DNA of 63,905 nucleotides, filler included, from Chiloscyllium plagiosum (GCF_004010195.1; 3 parts of one record of this genome joined end to end with filler, not necessarily neighbours in it), one strand, 5' to 3'; counted from the whole stretch's first letter, positions 25,111-38,159 are shown. The notes: a model not told the origin generated them from the sequence alone. Numbers and translations: made by a program.

Positions 25111-27639
25111 AAGTGTCAAAATAGCCACACCTGTCTGGCATTTCTCATCATGAGAAACTTGCTTGGAGCTAGATTAATTCCAACAGCAGCAGGCTGAGAT
25201 CATTATATGGTCCTTAACTGGCCACTTAGTTGGTGGAGAGGTGGGAAGTTTGATCAAGGAGCTCCCTGCCCAGAACCGAATTCTGGTGGACGCAGTGAGA
25301 CAGTGAAGTTTGGAAGCACTGCCACCTCATTCATTGGAGTGCCCTTTCTGTCTCCAAGCTTGCCAACTCAGGAAACAGCATTTTCCAATCCCACCCTTTT
25401 GTCAGTGTTAATGTTCATTTGAAATTTTGGCATTTATCTCTCAAGTTTTTATTTGCTTCCTTATATGTATTGATTTTCTTTTCTTTCTTATGGGTTTTCA
25501 CTCTGCTGGGATGCAGGCAAGGTCGTTTCTGGGCTTACGTAAAACTTCCCAAATCATTACATGATACAGGACAGCGGCAAAATCAGTTTCCCTTCCTTTA
25601 CCCTGGCCTCCTGCTGAGAAAAAACCTTGGAGTGACCTCTGCTCTGACAGCTGCGAGGAAACTCGCTCAGTGCCTGCTCATATCTGAAAATTATGGTTGT
25701 GTTACTGTCACTTTCTCAGCTATTGAAATCAATGGGCAGCAAATTGCAGTCAAAGCACCCAGACGTGCTGCTAGACACCAGAGACCAGAGGTGATTCTCT
25801 GTGATGTTTACATACATCAGGTTCTCATTTGTACCTGGAAAGTGACCCTATTAGAGTCTAGGCCTCTGTGTACAATTCTCTATTGTCTGATGGCAAATGA
25901 AAGAAGTAAAATTCTTGCTTTTTGAATGTGACAACTGTGCACAGCCATGTTTCAGGCCATGGAGAAATATTGTTTTGTGCTAATATTCAGAAATGTTAAA
26001 TGGTTGAAATGCACTTACACACTTAGACAACCACTCAGAGCAGAAAAGCTAATATTCTGGCTGAACAATCTTTCTTAGCTCCACTTTCAAAGTCCACATC
26101 CAAACTATAAGTGGAGCAGCTTTTCCTTAGTGTAGCTATGATTACACACACAGATGCATCAAAAAAGTTGATAGTTTAAATGCATTATCATAGGGCTCAG
26201 CTGAGCACACCAAGTGTATATTGTTTTTGCAACTATATGGGGTTATAAACCCTAGCTTCCTACGGTAAAAAATCTGCATGATTCTGATAGTCTGAGGTTC
26301 AGTTCATCTCTAATTACTTCTTTCAGAGTTGTTCACTCTATGCCTAATTGGTGTTAATTGGTATAATCAGGCAGATGTACAGAGAACTCTCAAACTACCT
26401 TTCACACGAGAGCATCTGGTGTTTGAGAGCTCAGGATTCTGCCAACATAGTACACTCTATCCAGAAATTCAGGCTTCTTTCCTCTTACTGCAGTTGTGAA
26501 AAAGTTGTCATAAATTTTATTGCCAACCAACATTGTAAAAAGCCAGAGAAATGAATGATAAGAGTGCAATCTCCAGATTCAGTGAAACTCTGATACAGTT
26601 TCTCTGTATCAACAACTATCACAACTTGCACTAATATTACAGCGTTAAAGGTAAAAAGATATATTTACCATCTCAAATGAAATACAGTGGAGAATGTATG
26701 CTGGATCATGGAAAATGAAGTTTGTAAAGCAACTGAATGCTTATTCAAGATTTAAAGGATTTAAGGGGTTTTCCCCCCAATTAAAGGTTTTTCAAGGTAG
26801 AGAGAGAATCTGGGAGAAAATGATTTCTAGAGATTTATAGTTCCAGTCAGTTGGAGCAAACTATCTGATGGTTTGTCTGTCAGTGGTGAATGGTAATGAG
26901 GAATTTACCTGCCAAATGTTGTATTTTAAAGTTGAGTATATTTTCTTAATTCATGGATCCAAGTATCAGCATTTTAGAAGCAAAATCCAACTTTGTCAAA
27001 AGCCGATTGAATGTTGCCATGTCAACCAATAGAATTATTGCAGAAATAGGATAGGAACCTCTTGAGGCCAAATAGATAAGGACTAGAATGTGTCAGATGT
27101 TACCTTCTCCCATTTGTTACTCAAGAGCTTGAGGCAGAGATGAAGTAAGAAATAGCCTCAGCATAAATGTATTTATTTAATACTTCTTCCAAAAGAAATT
27201 ATGACAACAAACAACCTGCTTAAAGGCAGCTTCTAGAATTATCTTTTGAAAATCAATTTGGCAATCATGCTTTATGTGAATATTAACCTATCTAGGAGGA
27301 GATTGACTTGTTCTCTGCAGCAAAGAGGATAAGTCCAGACAACTGTATTGCCTGTCCTGTGCACTTGAGCCTGGAGAGGAAATTTTCTTTTGAACATTCA
27401 CAGAACGTGGCTAGCCAGCATTTATCACCCATCCCTATTTACTCTTGAGAAGGTGAACTGCCTTCTTGAACCACTGAAATCTATGTGGAGTCTGACTTGG
27501 AGTGGGAGGGAGAGGATTCAGTTGTCATGGTCTGTGTAGGTACCAACGACATAAGCAAGACAAAAAAAGAAGGGTCTGCAAAGTCAGTATGAGGAGGTAG
27601 GTACCAAAATAAGAATCAGAAGCTTCAAAGGTCATACTG

Positions 27640-28075
27640 AATAAAAACTGAAGGAACTGCAAATGCTGTAAATCAGAAACAAAAAGAGAAGTTGCTGGAA
27701 GCTCAACAGGTTTGGCAGCACCTGTGAAGAGAAGTCAAAGTTAATGTTTCAGGTCCAGTGACCCATCCTCTGAGAAAAGGTCATTCAATCCAAAACATTA
27801 ACTTTGACTTCTCTTAGCACAGATGCTGCCAAACCTGTTGAGTTTTCCCAGCAATTTCTGTTTTTGCTTCAAAGATCATAGCCTGCTTTGATCTGAATCA
27901 TGTGAAAATTGGTGTTGGAAAATCACATTAGAGAAATCAAGTCCTGAGGAAGGGTCACTCAACATGAAACGTTAACTCTGCATTTCCTCCACATCCGCCG
28001 CCAGACCTGCTGAGTTTTTCCAGCAATTTCCTTTTCTTTTCCTGATTTACAACATCTGCGGTTCTTTCAGTTCTT
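27640..28075. mobile_element. PLE-terminus repeats: palindromic copy ~27640-27870 and + strand copy ~27935-28075
   Basis: gaagtcaaagttaatgttt...aaacattaactttgacttc inverted pair; CTGAGGA...GAAACGTT at 27944-27973. Confidence 0.7.
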
Positions 28076-28179
28076 ACTTAGAGTAATCAATGTCTAGCTT
28101 GAAGATTGATTTCAGAGAAGAGGGCTCCAGACCATAGGCAGTCGTACCAATACTGGGCAAGATAGGAGCTGTACAGATA

Positions 28180-28985
28180 GGATGATAAGATGCTACACCA
28201 AAGGATATTGTAGAAAATAAAAGCTCCTGATGTACTGGATAGCATATTGGCATGGATAGAAGAAAAAGCATAAAGAGAGTAGGTATAAATGGATAATATT
28301 CAGGCTAGCAAGATATAACAAGTAATGTGCCACAGCAGTTAGTGTTGGACCTCAGCTCTGTATAACGTATATAAATGACTTGGATAAAGGAATGCAGGGT
28401 ATGGTTACAAAATTTTCTGATGACACAGGCCAGAAATTAAGTTGTGATGATGGCATAAGCAGGTTACAAAAAGCTATTGATGCGTTAAGTGAATGGATGA
28501 AGATATGGTTAATGGACTATTATATGGGAAAATGTGAAGTCATCTAAATGGTGAGAAATTGCACAGCTTCAAGATGCAGAAATCAGGGTGTCCTTGTAAA
28601 TGAATTGCACAAGGTTAGTATGGAGGTACAGAAAGTAATTACAAAAGTGCTATCATTTATCACAAAGGGAATTGAAAGCGTAAGTAGAGAGGTTATGCTT
28701 CAGTTATACAGGACATTGGTGAGGTCACGTCTGGAGTAATGTGCATTGTATTGGTCACCTTATTTAGGGAAGGGTGTAAGTATATTGGAGAGAGTTCAGA
28801 GAAGATTTACTAGACTAATGCCTGAAACAGGTGGGTTGTGTTTATGAGGAAAGAATGAACAAGCTAGGCTCTGCTGGAGTTTAGAACAGTAAGAGATGAC
28901 TAGATGGAAATTTACAAAATCTTGAAGGATCTTGACAGGATAGATGTGACGGGGATGTTTCCTATTAAGGCAGAATCTAGAATTA
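28180..28985 (+). mobile_element. Decayed CR1 RT 3' half
   Basis: KFSDDT and REVMLQLYRTLVRSRLE motifs. Confidence 0.85.
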
Positions 28986-29249
28986 ACAGTTTTTAACTGT
29001 GGTTATGCTGCTTCAGTTGTGCAGTTATGTTCCTGTAAGTTTCTCTAAACAAATGGATATATTATTCAACAATGAAGACTCATTTTATACCTTCAAACTT
29101 CTCCAAAATCAGATTTATTTTGGTCTTATCTCATGACCATAGATCAATTCAAATATATTCAACCTAACAGATTAATTTGAGGAGTCTCTGATAGCAGAGA
29201 GTAAGATATTTAATTCTTTGTCCCGTTTCTGTGGCTATTTGTGAAAGTA

Positions 29250-29600
29250 GGTCTTAATCATTGTTTTGAGACTGATATCTCTCCAAAGGTCTCTGGATGA
29301 TAAACAGTAGTCTTCAGCTGTTTTATACACAGATTACCAATTAGGCTCTGAATAACCTGGGCTATAAAGTTAGAAACCTGATTAGATTGTATTTCAATTG
29401 ATGAAATATGTGAAAAAAGAGTTAACTTTTCAAATATTACCTTAGCTGTAATTGCATTTAAAGGAATAACTTCTGGACATTGAATTTTAATTTCAAAAAC
29501 TTTAAAGATTATGATTATAGCCTGTTTTTGTTTTTGATAATGGTCTGACACAACCTACTAATACTTGACAGAAAAAATGCTAGCACTGAACTTCCAAGCT
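29250..29600 (-). mobile_element. Ty3/Gypsy integrase core relic
   Basis: PEVIPLNAITAKVIFEKL...EIQSNQVSNF...IKQLKTTVYHPE corresponds to the rve motifs PEAIPL, IQSDQGSNF and YHPES. Confidence 0.75.
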
Positions 29601-30161
29601 TATGCTGCAACATAACTGGGAATACTGCACAAATAATCATGCCCTAATATTCCACAGGTTATCACAAAAATAGATAAATGAGTAAAAATCCCAACAAGAC
29701 CATCAAAACCTCAATTCACCTGACTGACTGCAACTCAGGGCAACAACAAATCTGACTAGGATCTTGCAGTTGTACTAAAAATAATACTTCTTGTAACACT
29801 TAGCTTCAGCAAGAACCACCAAAAGAAAGGATTCATAACTTTTGTAACTTAAACTATAACCGTTCTGACCTGAATATATGCCAATAGAATCACAAATCAT
29901 AAAACAAAAGAAAATAGTTTAATAAAAATTCTGAGTTGAAAAATAATGTATACAGATTAAACAAAGTTCCAAAGATCAAAAGTCCAAGCAATAATGTGGA
30001 AAGTTCCTTTTCTTTCAGTCTTTTGGATTTTCTTTAACAAGGGTGAGATGCTGTTGTACACTAATGATTACCCCTAGCCTTGACAATTTATCAGGTACTT
30101 AAGTCTTTTCTTGAATTCTTTCTTTTAAGCTTTCTGGGGTTTTGTTATTTCCCCACATTGA

Positions 30162-30250
30162 AAGAGGGAGAGAGAGATAGAAAGAGAGAGAGAGAGAGGA
30201 GAGAGTGTGTGTGTTTGTGTGTGTGAGAGAGACAGAGAGAGAGAGAGAGA
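30162..30250. repeat. Compound (GA)n/(GT)n microsatellite
   Basis: Seen directly. Confidence 0.95.
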
Positions 30251-30404
30251 AACACTGTCTGTAGCTATTTATGTTTTCACTCCCTGGCACTCTTGGCACT
30301 TAGAATGCTTTAACACTCTGCAGCTCAATTAATCAGAGAGCTGTTGATAGGCAGAATTTCCTTTACTCAAACAATATTTGATGCCATTTTAATCTCAACT
30401 TTTC

Positions 30405-30746
30405 CCTGCATGGTTGGAGTTAAGGAACCACAAAGGAAAAAAAATCCCTGATGGGAAATGGCCTTCGAGCAGTAGTCAGCATTTGGGACAGAAAATAAAT
30501 CAGGACCTAAAAAAGTCTTGCAAGAAAGACACTGTTCCAATAATAATGGAGCACTTCAAAGTGCAGTTGTACTGGAAAACTCAGGTTGGTAGTGGAGCCC
30601 AAGAAAAGGAATTTGTGGAATGTCTGGGGCAACTGGTGGTACAGCCCATGAGGGAACAGGCAATTCTGGGTTTGGTAATGAGACAGACTTGATTAGGGAG
30701 CTTAAGGTGCAGTGATCATAATATGATGGAATTCACCCTACAGTTT
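30405..30746 (+). mobile_element. Old CR1 endonuclease fragment
   Basis: ELRNHKGKK...IIMEHF...EFVECL...EQAILGLV. Confidence 0.7.
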
Positions 30747-31825
30747 GAGAGTCATAGAGTCATAAAGATGTACAGCGTGGAAACAGCCTCCACCATTTCC
30801 TCTGACAGCTCATTCCATACACATACCACCCTCTGTGTGAAAATGTTGCCCCGTAGGTCTCTTTTATATCTTTCCCCTCTCACCCTAAACCTATGCCCTC
30901 TAGTTCTGACTTCCCAACCACAGGGAAAAGACTTTGCCTATTTATCCTATCCATACCCCTCATAATTTTGTAAACCTCTATAAGGTCACCCCTCAGCCTT
31001 CGATGCTCCAGGAAAAACAGCCCCTGCCTGTTCAGCCTCTCCCTATAGCTCAAATCCTCCAACCCTGGTAACATCCTTGTAAATCTTTTCTGAACCCTTT
31101 CAAGTTTCACAACATTTTTCTGATAGGAAGCAGACCAGAATTGCATGCAATATTCCAACAGTGGCCTAACCAATGTCCTGTATAGCCACAACATGACCTC
31201 CCAACTCCTATATTCAATACTCTGACCAATAAAGGAAAGCATACCAAATGCCTTCTTCACTATCCTATCTACCTGCAACTCCACTTTCAAGGAGCTATGA
31301 ACCTGCACTCCAAGGTCTCTTTGTTCAGGGACACTCCCTAGGATCTTACCATTAAGTGTATAAGTCNNNNNNNNNNNNNNNNNNNNNNNNNNNNNNNNNN
31401 NNNNNNNNNNTTAATTAATTAANNNNNNNNNNNNNNNNNNNNNNNNNNNNNNNNNNNNNNNNNNNNTTTCTCCAATTTAGAACTTCAACTTTTAGATCTG
31501 GTCTATCCTTTTCCATCACTATTTTAAATCTAATAGAATTATGGTTGCTGGCCCCAAAGTGCTCCCCCACTGACACTTCAGTCACCTGCCCTGCCTTATT
31601 TCCTAAGAGTAGGTCAAGTTTTGCACCTTCTCTAATAGGTACATCCACATACTGAATCAGAAAATTTTCTTGTACACACTTAACAAATTCCTCTCCATCT
31701 AAACCTTTAACACTATGGCAGTCCCAGTCTATGTTTGGAAAGTTAAAATCCCCTCCCATAACCACCCTATTTTTATTACAGATAGCTGAGATCTCTTTTC
31801 AAGTTTGTTTCTCAATTTCCCTCTT
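30747..31825 (-). mobile_element. CR1 ORF2 (endonuclease end to 3' tail) spanning an assembly gap
   Basis: VMGGDFNFPNIDW endonuclease motif (31467-31825), RT C-terminus LYRTLVRPLLEY (30790-31366) and a (CTATGACT)n tail. Confidence 0.92.
31367..31466. other. Assembly gap of 100 bp with TTAATTAATTAA linker
   Basis: 44 N, TTAATTAATTAA at 31411-31422, 44 N. Confidence 0.98.
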
Positions 31826-32427
31826 ATTAGTAAAGTGATATGTGCTTCTTGTCAGATGTGGGCGTTTAAAGAGAGTTTAAGGATTACTGCAGATTTTATC
31901 TGCAATAAATGCTGTTGCTTGCGAATCTTATAAGATCAAATGGATCGGTTGGAGAGACAGTTAAAAGCAATGAGGAATTTGCAACAGCAACAGTATGTGA
32001 TGGATGCCAGTTATAGGAAGGGGGGCAAGTCTCAGATACAGTTAACTCCAGGAAAGGTAAGAGAGGTATGCAGCTAGTGCAGGTGTGTTCTGTGTGCTGT
32101 ACCCATTTCAAACAAGTATGCTGATTTGGAAAATATAGGGGGTGATGGATCCTCAGGGGAACACATCACGAACAGCCACATTTCTCATATTGAGATCGGC
32201 TCTAATGCAATGAGGCGTACGTCGGGTTCCAAGAGATCAATTGTGTTAGGGGATTCTCTAGTCCGAGGTACAGATAGACATTTCTGTGGCTAGCAGCGAA
32301 AAATCAGAATGGTGTGTTGCATCCCTGGTGCCAGGATCAAGGATGTCTCAGAGAGTGTGCAGAATGTTCTCACGCGGGAGAGGGACCAGCAAGAGGTCAT
32401 TGTCCATATTGGAACCAACGACATAGG

Positions 32428-33896
32428 AACTGCAGCTGCGACATTAACCGTCTTAACCTGTCCACCCCTCTTACCCACTCCAACCTCTCACCCTCGCAAC
32501 GTGCAGCCCTCCACTCCCTCCGCTCCAACCCCAACCTCACGATCAAACCGGCAGACAAGGGAGGCGCAGTGGTAGTTTGGTGCACTGATCTTTACATTGC
32601 TGAGGCTAAACGCCAGCTCGCGGACACCTCCTTCGACTGCCCCCTTGACCATGACCCCACGGCCCACCACCAAACCATTATCTCCCAAACCATCCATAAC
32701 CTCATCACCTCAGGGGATCTCCCATCCACTGCCTCCAACCTCATAGTCCCACAACCCCACACCACCAGTTTCTACCTCCTGCCCAAAATCCATAAATTTG
32801 ACTGCCCCGGCTGACCCATTGTCTCAGCCTGCTCCTGCCCCACCGAACTCATCTCTGCATACCTCGACACGGTCCTGTCCCCGTTAGTCCAAGAACTCCC
32901 CACCTACATTCGGGACACCACCCACGCCCTCCACCTCCTCCATGATTTTCGCTTCCCCGGCCCCCGACGCCTTATCTTCACCATGGACATCCAGTACCTG
33001 TACAGCTCCATCCCCCAACATGAAGGCCGCAAAGCCCTCCGCTTCTTCCTTTCCCGCCGACCCAACCAGTAACCCCTCCACTGACACCCTCCTTCAACTG
33101 ACTGAACTGGTCCTCACTCTGAACAACTTCTCTTTCCAATCCTCCCACTTCCTCCAAACCAAAGGCGTAGCCATGGGCACCCGCATGGGTCCCAGCTATG
33201 CCTGCTTCTTCGTCGGATATGTGGAACAGTCCATCTTCCGCAGCTACACTGGCACCACCCCCCACCTTTTCCTCCGTTACATCGATGACTGTATCGGCGC
33301 TGCCTCGTGCTCCCACGAGGAGGTTGAACAGTTCATCTACTTTACTAACGCCTTCCACCCCGACCTCAAATTTATCTGGACCATCTCAGACTCCTCCCTC
33401 CCCTTCCTAGACCACCCCATTTCTATCTCGGGCGACCGACTCAACACAGACATTTAATATAAACCGACCAACTCCCACAGCTACCTAGATTACACCTGCC
33501 CCCTGAAAAAACGCCATCCCATATTCCCAATTCCTTCGCCTCCGCTGCATCTGCTCCCAGGAGGACCAGTTCCAATACCATACAACCCAGATGGCCTCCA
33601 TCTTCAAAGACCTGCAATTTCCCCTCGGAAGTGGTTGACAATGCTCTCCACCTCATCTCCTCCACTTCCCGCTCCTCCGCCTTTGAACCCCGCCCCTCCA
33701 ATCGCCACCAGGACAGAACCCCACTGGTCCTCACCTACCACCCCACCAATCTCCAGATACATCATATCATCCTTTGTCATTTCCGCCACCTCCAAACAGA
33801 CCCCACCACCAAGGATATATTTCCCTTTCCTCCCCTATCAGCATTCCGTAAAGACCACTCCCTCCGTGACTCCCTGGTCAGATCCACGCCCCCCCC
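32428..33896 (+). mobile_element. Penelope-like retroelement RT region (disrupted)
   Basis: IKPADKGGAVVV, FYLLPKIHK, QTKGVAMGTRMGPSYA, FLRYIDD and PLVLTYHP, with stops and frameshifts. Confidence 0.95.
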
Positions 33897-34780
33897 NNNN
33901 NNNNNNNNNNNNNNNNNNNNNNNNNNNNNNNNNNNNNNNNNNNNNNNNNNNNNNNNNNNNNNNNNNNNNNNNNNNNNNNNNNNNNNNNNNNNNNNNNNNN
34001 NNNNNNNNNNNNNNNNNNNNNNNNNNNNNNNNNNNNNNNNNNNNNNNNNNNNNNNNNNNNNNNNNNNNNNNNNNNNNNNNNNNNNNNNNNNNNNNNNNNN
34101 NNNNNNNNNNNNNNNNNNNNNNNNNNNNNNNNNNNNNNNNNNNNNNNNNNNNNNNNNNNNNNNNNNNNNNNNNNNNNNNNNNNNNNNNNNNNNNNNNNNN
34201 NNNNNNNNNNNNNNNNNNNNNNNNNNNNNNNNNNNNNNNNNNNNNNNNNNNNNNNNNNNNNNNNNNNNNNNNNNNNNNNNNNNNNNNNNNNNNNNNNNNN
34301 NNNNNNNNNNNNNNNNNNNNNNNNNNNNNNNNNNNNNNNNNNNNNNNNNNNNNNNNNNNNNNNNNNNNNNNNNNNNNNNNNNNNNNNNNNNNNNNNNNNN
34401 NNNNNNNNNNNNNNNNNNNNNNNNNNNNNNNNNNNNNNNNNNNNNNNNNNNNNNNNNNNNNNNNNNNNNNNNNNNNNNNNNNNNNNNNNNNNNNNNNNNN
34501 NNNNNNNNNNNNNNNNNNNNNNNNNNNNNNNNNNNNNNNNNNNNNNNNNNNNNNNNNNNNNNNNNNNNNNNNNNNNNNNNNNNNNNNNNNNNNNNNNNNN
34601 NNNNNNNNNNNNNNNNNNNNNNNNNNNNNNNNNNNNNNNNNNNNNNNNNNNNNNNNNNNNNNNNNNNNNNNNNNNNNNNNNNNNNNNNNNNNNNNNNNNN
34701 NNNNNNNNNNNNNNNNNNNNNNNNNNNNNNNNNNNNNNNNNNNNNNNNNNNNNNNNNNNNNNNNNNNNNNNNNNNNNNNN
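33897..34780. other. Assembly gap
   Basis: Run of N. Confidence 0.99.
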
Positions 34781-35454
34781 GTAGGGGGATTTGCTAAAGT
34801 TGCTTGGGTGGATTTAAACTTAAGGTGGGGGGGGAGATAGTGAGGAAAGAGATCAATCTGAGATTGGTACAGTTGAGAACAGAAGCGAGTCAAACAGTCA
34901 GGGCAGGCAGGGACAAGGTAGGACTAATAAATTTAACTGCATTTATTTCAATGCAAGGGGCCTAACAGGGAAGGCAGATGAACTCAAGGCATGGTTATGA
35001 ACATGGGACTGGGATATCATAGCAATTACAGAAACATGGCTCAGGGATGGGCAGCACTGGCAGCTTAATATTCCAGGATATAAATGCTACAGGAAGGACT
35101 GAAAGGGAGGCAAGAGAGGAGGGGGAGTGGCATTTTTGAAAAGGAATAGCATTACAGCTGTTCTAAGGGAGGATATTCCTGGGAATACATCCAGGGACGT
35201 TTTTTGGGTGGAACTGAGAAATAAGAAGGGAATGATCACCTTATTGGAATTGTGTTATAGACCTTCCCCAATAGTCAGAGGGAAATTGAGAAACAAACTT
35301 ATCAGGAGATAGGGTGGTTATGGGAGGGGATTTTAATTTTCCAAACATAGACTGGGACTGCCATCGTGTTAAGGGTTTAAATGGAGAGGAATTTGTTAAA
35401 TGTGTACAAGAAATTTTTCTAGCTCAGGTAGCTCAGTCAATAGAGCTTCTGACT

Positions 35455-35880
35455 TTTTTTTACTAGTTGCCCTTGAGAAGGTGGTGATCAGCTGCCTTCT
35501 TGAATTGTTGCAGTCCACCTGCTGTAGCTAGACCCACAATGCCATTTGGAAGAGAATTCCACAATTTTGACCCAGAGACATTGAAGGAAAGGTGATGTAT
35601 TTCCACACCAGGATGGTGAGTGGCTTGTCGGGGAACTTGCAAGTGGTGCTGTTCCCATATATCTGCTTCCTTTGTCATTTTAGATGAGAGTGGTTGTGGG
35701 TTTGGAAGGTGCTGTCTAAAGCACCTCAGTGAATTTCTGTAGTGCATCTTGTAGATGGTGCACACCACTGCAACTGAGCATAGGTGGTGGAGGGAGTGGA
35801 TGTTTGTGAATGTGATGTCCAGAGGGTTGCATTGTCCTCGATGGTGTCACGCTTTTTGAGGTTGCTGGAGCTACTGAGGG
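35455..35880 (-). mobile_element. LINE 3' end, same family as 2400-3900
   Basis: GSKLWNSLPNGIVG...LQQFKKAADHHLLKGN*. Confidence 0.8.
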
Positions 35881-36087
35881 CAAGCAGTGCTCACAGATGG
35901 AAGGGGGTGAGGGGAGAGTGGAGTGAGATAGTGTAATTGTACCTGGAGGCCCCTTGTAAGCCAAAATATTTCCCTTACAGGAGCACCCCTCCAGCTGGAA
36001 CTGCTTCTGTGCTGCTGTTATTGGCAGAAGAGGTGGGAATAAGCCCTTAATTGATCACATACATGGATGAATTGGGCTTTGGATATA

Positions 36088-36403
36088 ATGGGGTTGGGGA
36101 GTCCAGAACTAGAGGGCATAGGTTTAGGATGAGAGGGGAAAGATACAAAAGAGACCCACAGGCAACTTTTTCACACAGAGGGTGGTACGGGAATGAGCTG
36201 CCAGAGGAAGTGGTGGAGGCTGGTACAATTGCAACATTTAAGAGGCATTTGGATGGGTATATGAGTATGAAGGGTTTGGAGGGATATGGGCCAAGTGATG
36301 ACAGGTGGGACTAGATTGGGTTGGGATATCTGAGCAGCATGGACAGGTTGGACCGAAGGGTCTGGTTCCTCGCTGTACATCTCTATGACTCTGTAACTCT
36401 ATG
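36088..36403 (+). mobile_element. CR1 3' end with tandem tail
   Basis: ESRTRGHRFR...TFKRHLDGYM; tail ctatgactctgtaactctatg. Confidence 0.9.
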
Positions 36404-36560
36404 GTGAGGTGGCATTGCAGTAAGGAGGCATTGGACACAACCTGCTGCCTTTCAGAACCATCTTCCCAGCACTCTCACATAACAAACCATCTCCAAGGGA
36501 CTGTTAACATCCAACCTTATGATTCTATAAGTGGCCACCTTCTATACTATAAGATGAGCA

Positions 36561-37487
36561 TAATAGGTACAGTTAGTAAGTTTGCAGATGACACCAAAAT
36601 TGGAGGTGTAGTGGACAGTGAAGAGGGTTACCTCCGATTACAACAGGATCTGGACCTGATGGGCCAATGGGCTGAGAAGTGGCAGTTTAGTTTAATTCAG
36701 ATAAATTATACACTTAATAGTATTGTCCTAGGGAGTGTTGCTGAACAAAGAGATCTTGGAGTGCAGGTTCATAGCTTCTTGGAAGTGGAGTTGCAGGTAG
36801 ATAGGATAGTGAAGAAGGCGTTTGGTGTGCTTTCCTTTATTGGTCAGAGTATTGTGTACAGGAGTTGGGAGGTCATGTTGCGGCTGTACAGGACATTGGT
36901 TAGGCCACTGTTGGAATATTGCATGCAATTCTTGTCTCCTTCCTATCAGAAAAATGTTGTGAAACTTGAAAGGGTTCAGAAAAGATTTACAAGGATGTTG
37001 CCAGGATTGGAGGATCTGAGCTATAGGGAGAGGCTGAACAGGCTGGGGCTGTTTTCCCTGGAGCGTCGGAGGCTGAGGGGTGACCTTATAGAGGTTTACA
37101 AAATTATGAGGGGCATGGATAGGATAAATAGACAAAGTCTTTTCCCTGGGGTCGGGAAGTCCAGAACTAGAGGGCATAGGTTTAGGGTGAGAGGGGAAAG
37201 ATATAAAAGAGACCTAAGGAGCAACTTTTTCACACAGAGGGTGGAATGTGTAATGGAATGAGTTACCAGAGGATGTGGTGGAGGCTGGTACAGTTGCAAC
37301 ATTTAAGAGGTATTTGGATGGGTATCTGAATAGGAAGGGTTTGGAGGGATAAGGGCCAGGTGCTGGCAGGTGGGACTGGATTGGGTTGGGATAGCTGGTC
37401 GGCATGGACGGATTGGACTGAAGGGTCAGTTTCCATGCTGTACATCTCTGTGACTCTACTACTCTATGTGACTGTGTAACTCTGTGA
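36561..37487 (+). mobile_element. 5'-truncated CR1 (RT C-terminal half and tail)
   Basis: KFADDTKIGG, RDLGVQV and LYRTLVRPLLEY; highly similar to 30790-31366 in the opposite orientation. Confidence 0.95.
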
Positions 37488-37757
37488 ACTAGATGATGGG
37501 TTAAAAACTCACTCCAGGACCTGTGCAAACAATCAAGCATGATGTAATAATGTTAATACATGTGACAAAGCTCCCTCAGAACTATATTTCAGATGAAGTA
37601 GTAAAATGAGGTCCGATCTGCCCTCATATTTGAATAAAACATGTCCCACAATGGAATTAAAAAATCCAGAATCTCAATAAAATCTCTCATGAAACTTCAA
37701 AGTAACCCCACCACTTTTATAAACCCCTTGTTGTGACTGACGATTGTCTGATTTCAG

Positions 37758-37963
37758 TTTTCTCTCATGGATCTGCTGTCCAAGATGGTGGGTGGTCTCC
37801 CTCATTTTGTTCGTTGCATTAAACCCAACAATGACCGCCACGCTAAGAAATTTGATCAAGAGAAGGTCCTGGTCCAACTTCGTTACACGGGAATTTTGGA
37901 GACAGCCCGAATCCGAAGACAAGGATATTCACATCGCATTCTCTTTGCCAATTTCATTGAAAG
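37758..37963 (+). CDS. MYO3A: Myosin IIIA exon, motor domain: [24 protein letters not shown]...[29 protein letters not shown](R)
   Basis: tttcag acceptor; AG|gtgaat donor. 206 nt, phase 0 to 2. Contains the myosin [10 protein letters not shown] motif and MYO3A-type [15 protein letters not shown]. Confidence 0.98.
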
Positions 37964-38159
37964 GTGAATAATACTTGGTTAATTTGTTTTTACCTTAGGA
38001 TGAACATTTGCAATACCAGGAAGGAGACTATTATGCTAGCAGAGGTGTGGTGTTTATCTGTGTTTTATTCTTTGCAAAGTTTAATTTATTATCTGGAATC
38101 ACTTTTCCCAAAACCCTGAGTATCCCTTGGCTTTCAATTGGTTTACCTGATCTCTCCCA

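Larger units (their letters stand above)
31850..35425 (+). mobile_element. CR1 5' portion: ORF1 (zinc finger/leucine zipper, SGNH esterase) and ORF2 endonuclease start, interrupted by a PLE and a gap
   Basis: FICNKC...DRLERQL; IVLGDSLVRG and VIVHIGTNDIG; after the gap CIYFNARGL...DIIAITETWL...IPGYKCYR. Confidence 0.85.

Noticed and set aside
31411..31422. TTAATTAATTAA palindrome inside an N run (also at 59716-59727)
   Set aside because: The identical 44N-12-44N layout occurs twice; it is a scaffolding linker with stops in all frames, not biology.
33631..34893. Long ORFs of 351-401 aa
   Set aside because: They are read-through of N gaps.
36401..37261. 286-aa ORF as a host gene
   Set aside because: It is a truncated CR1 RT fragment fused to flanking sequence.
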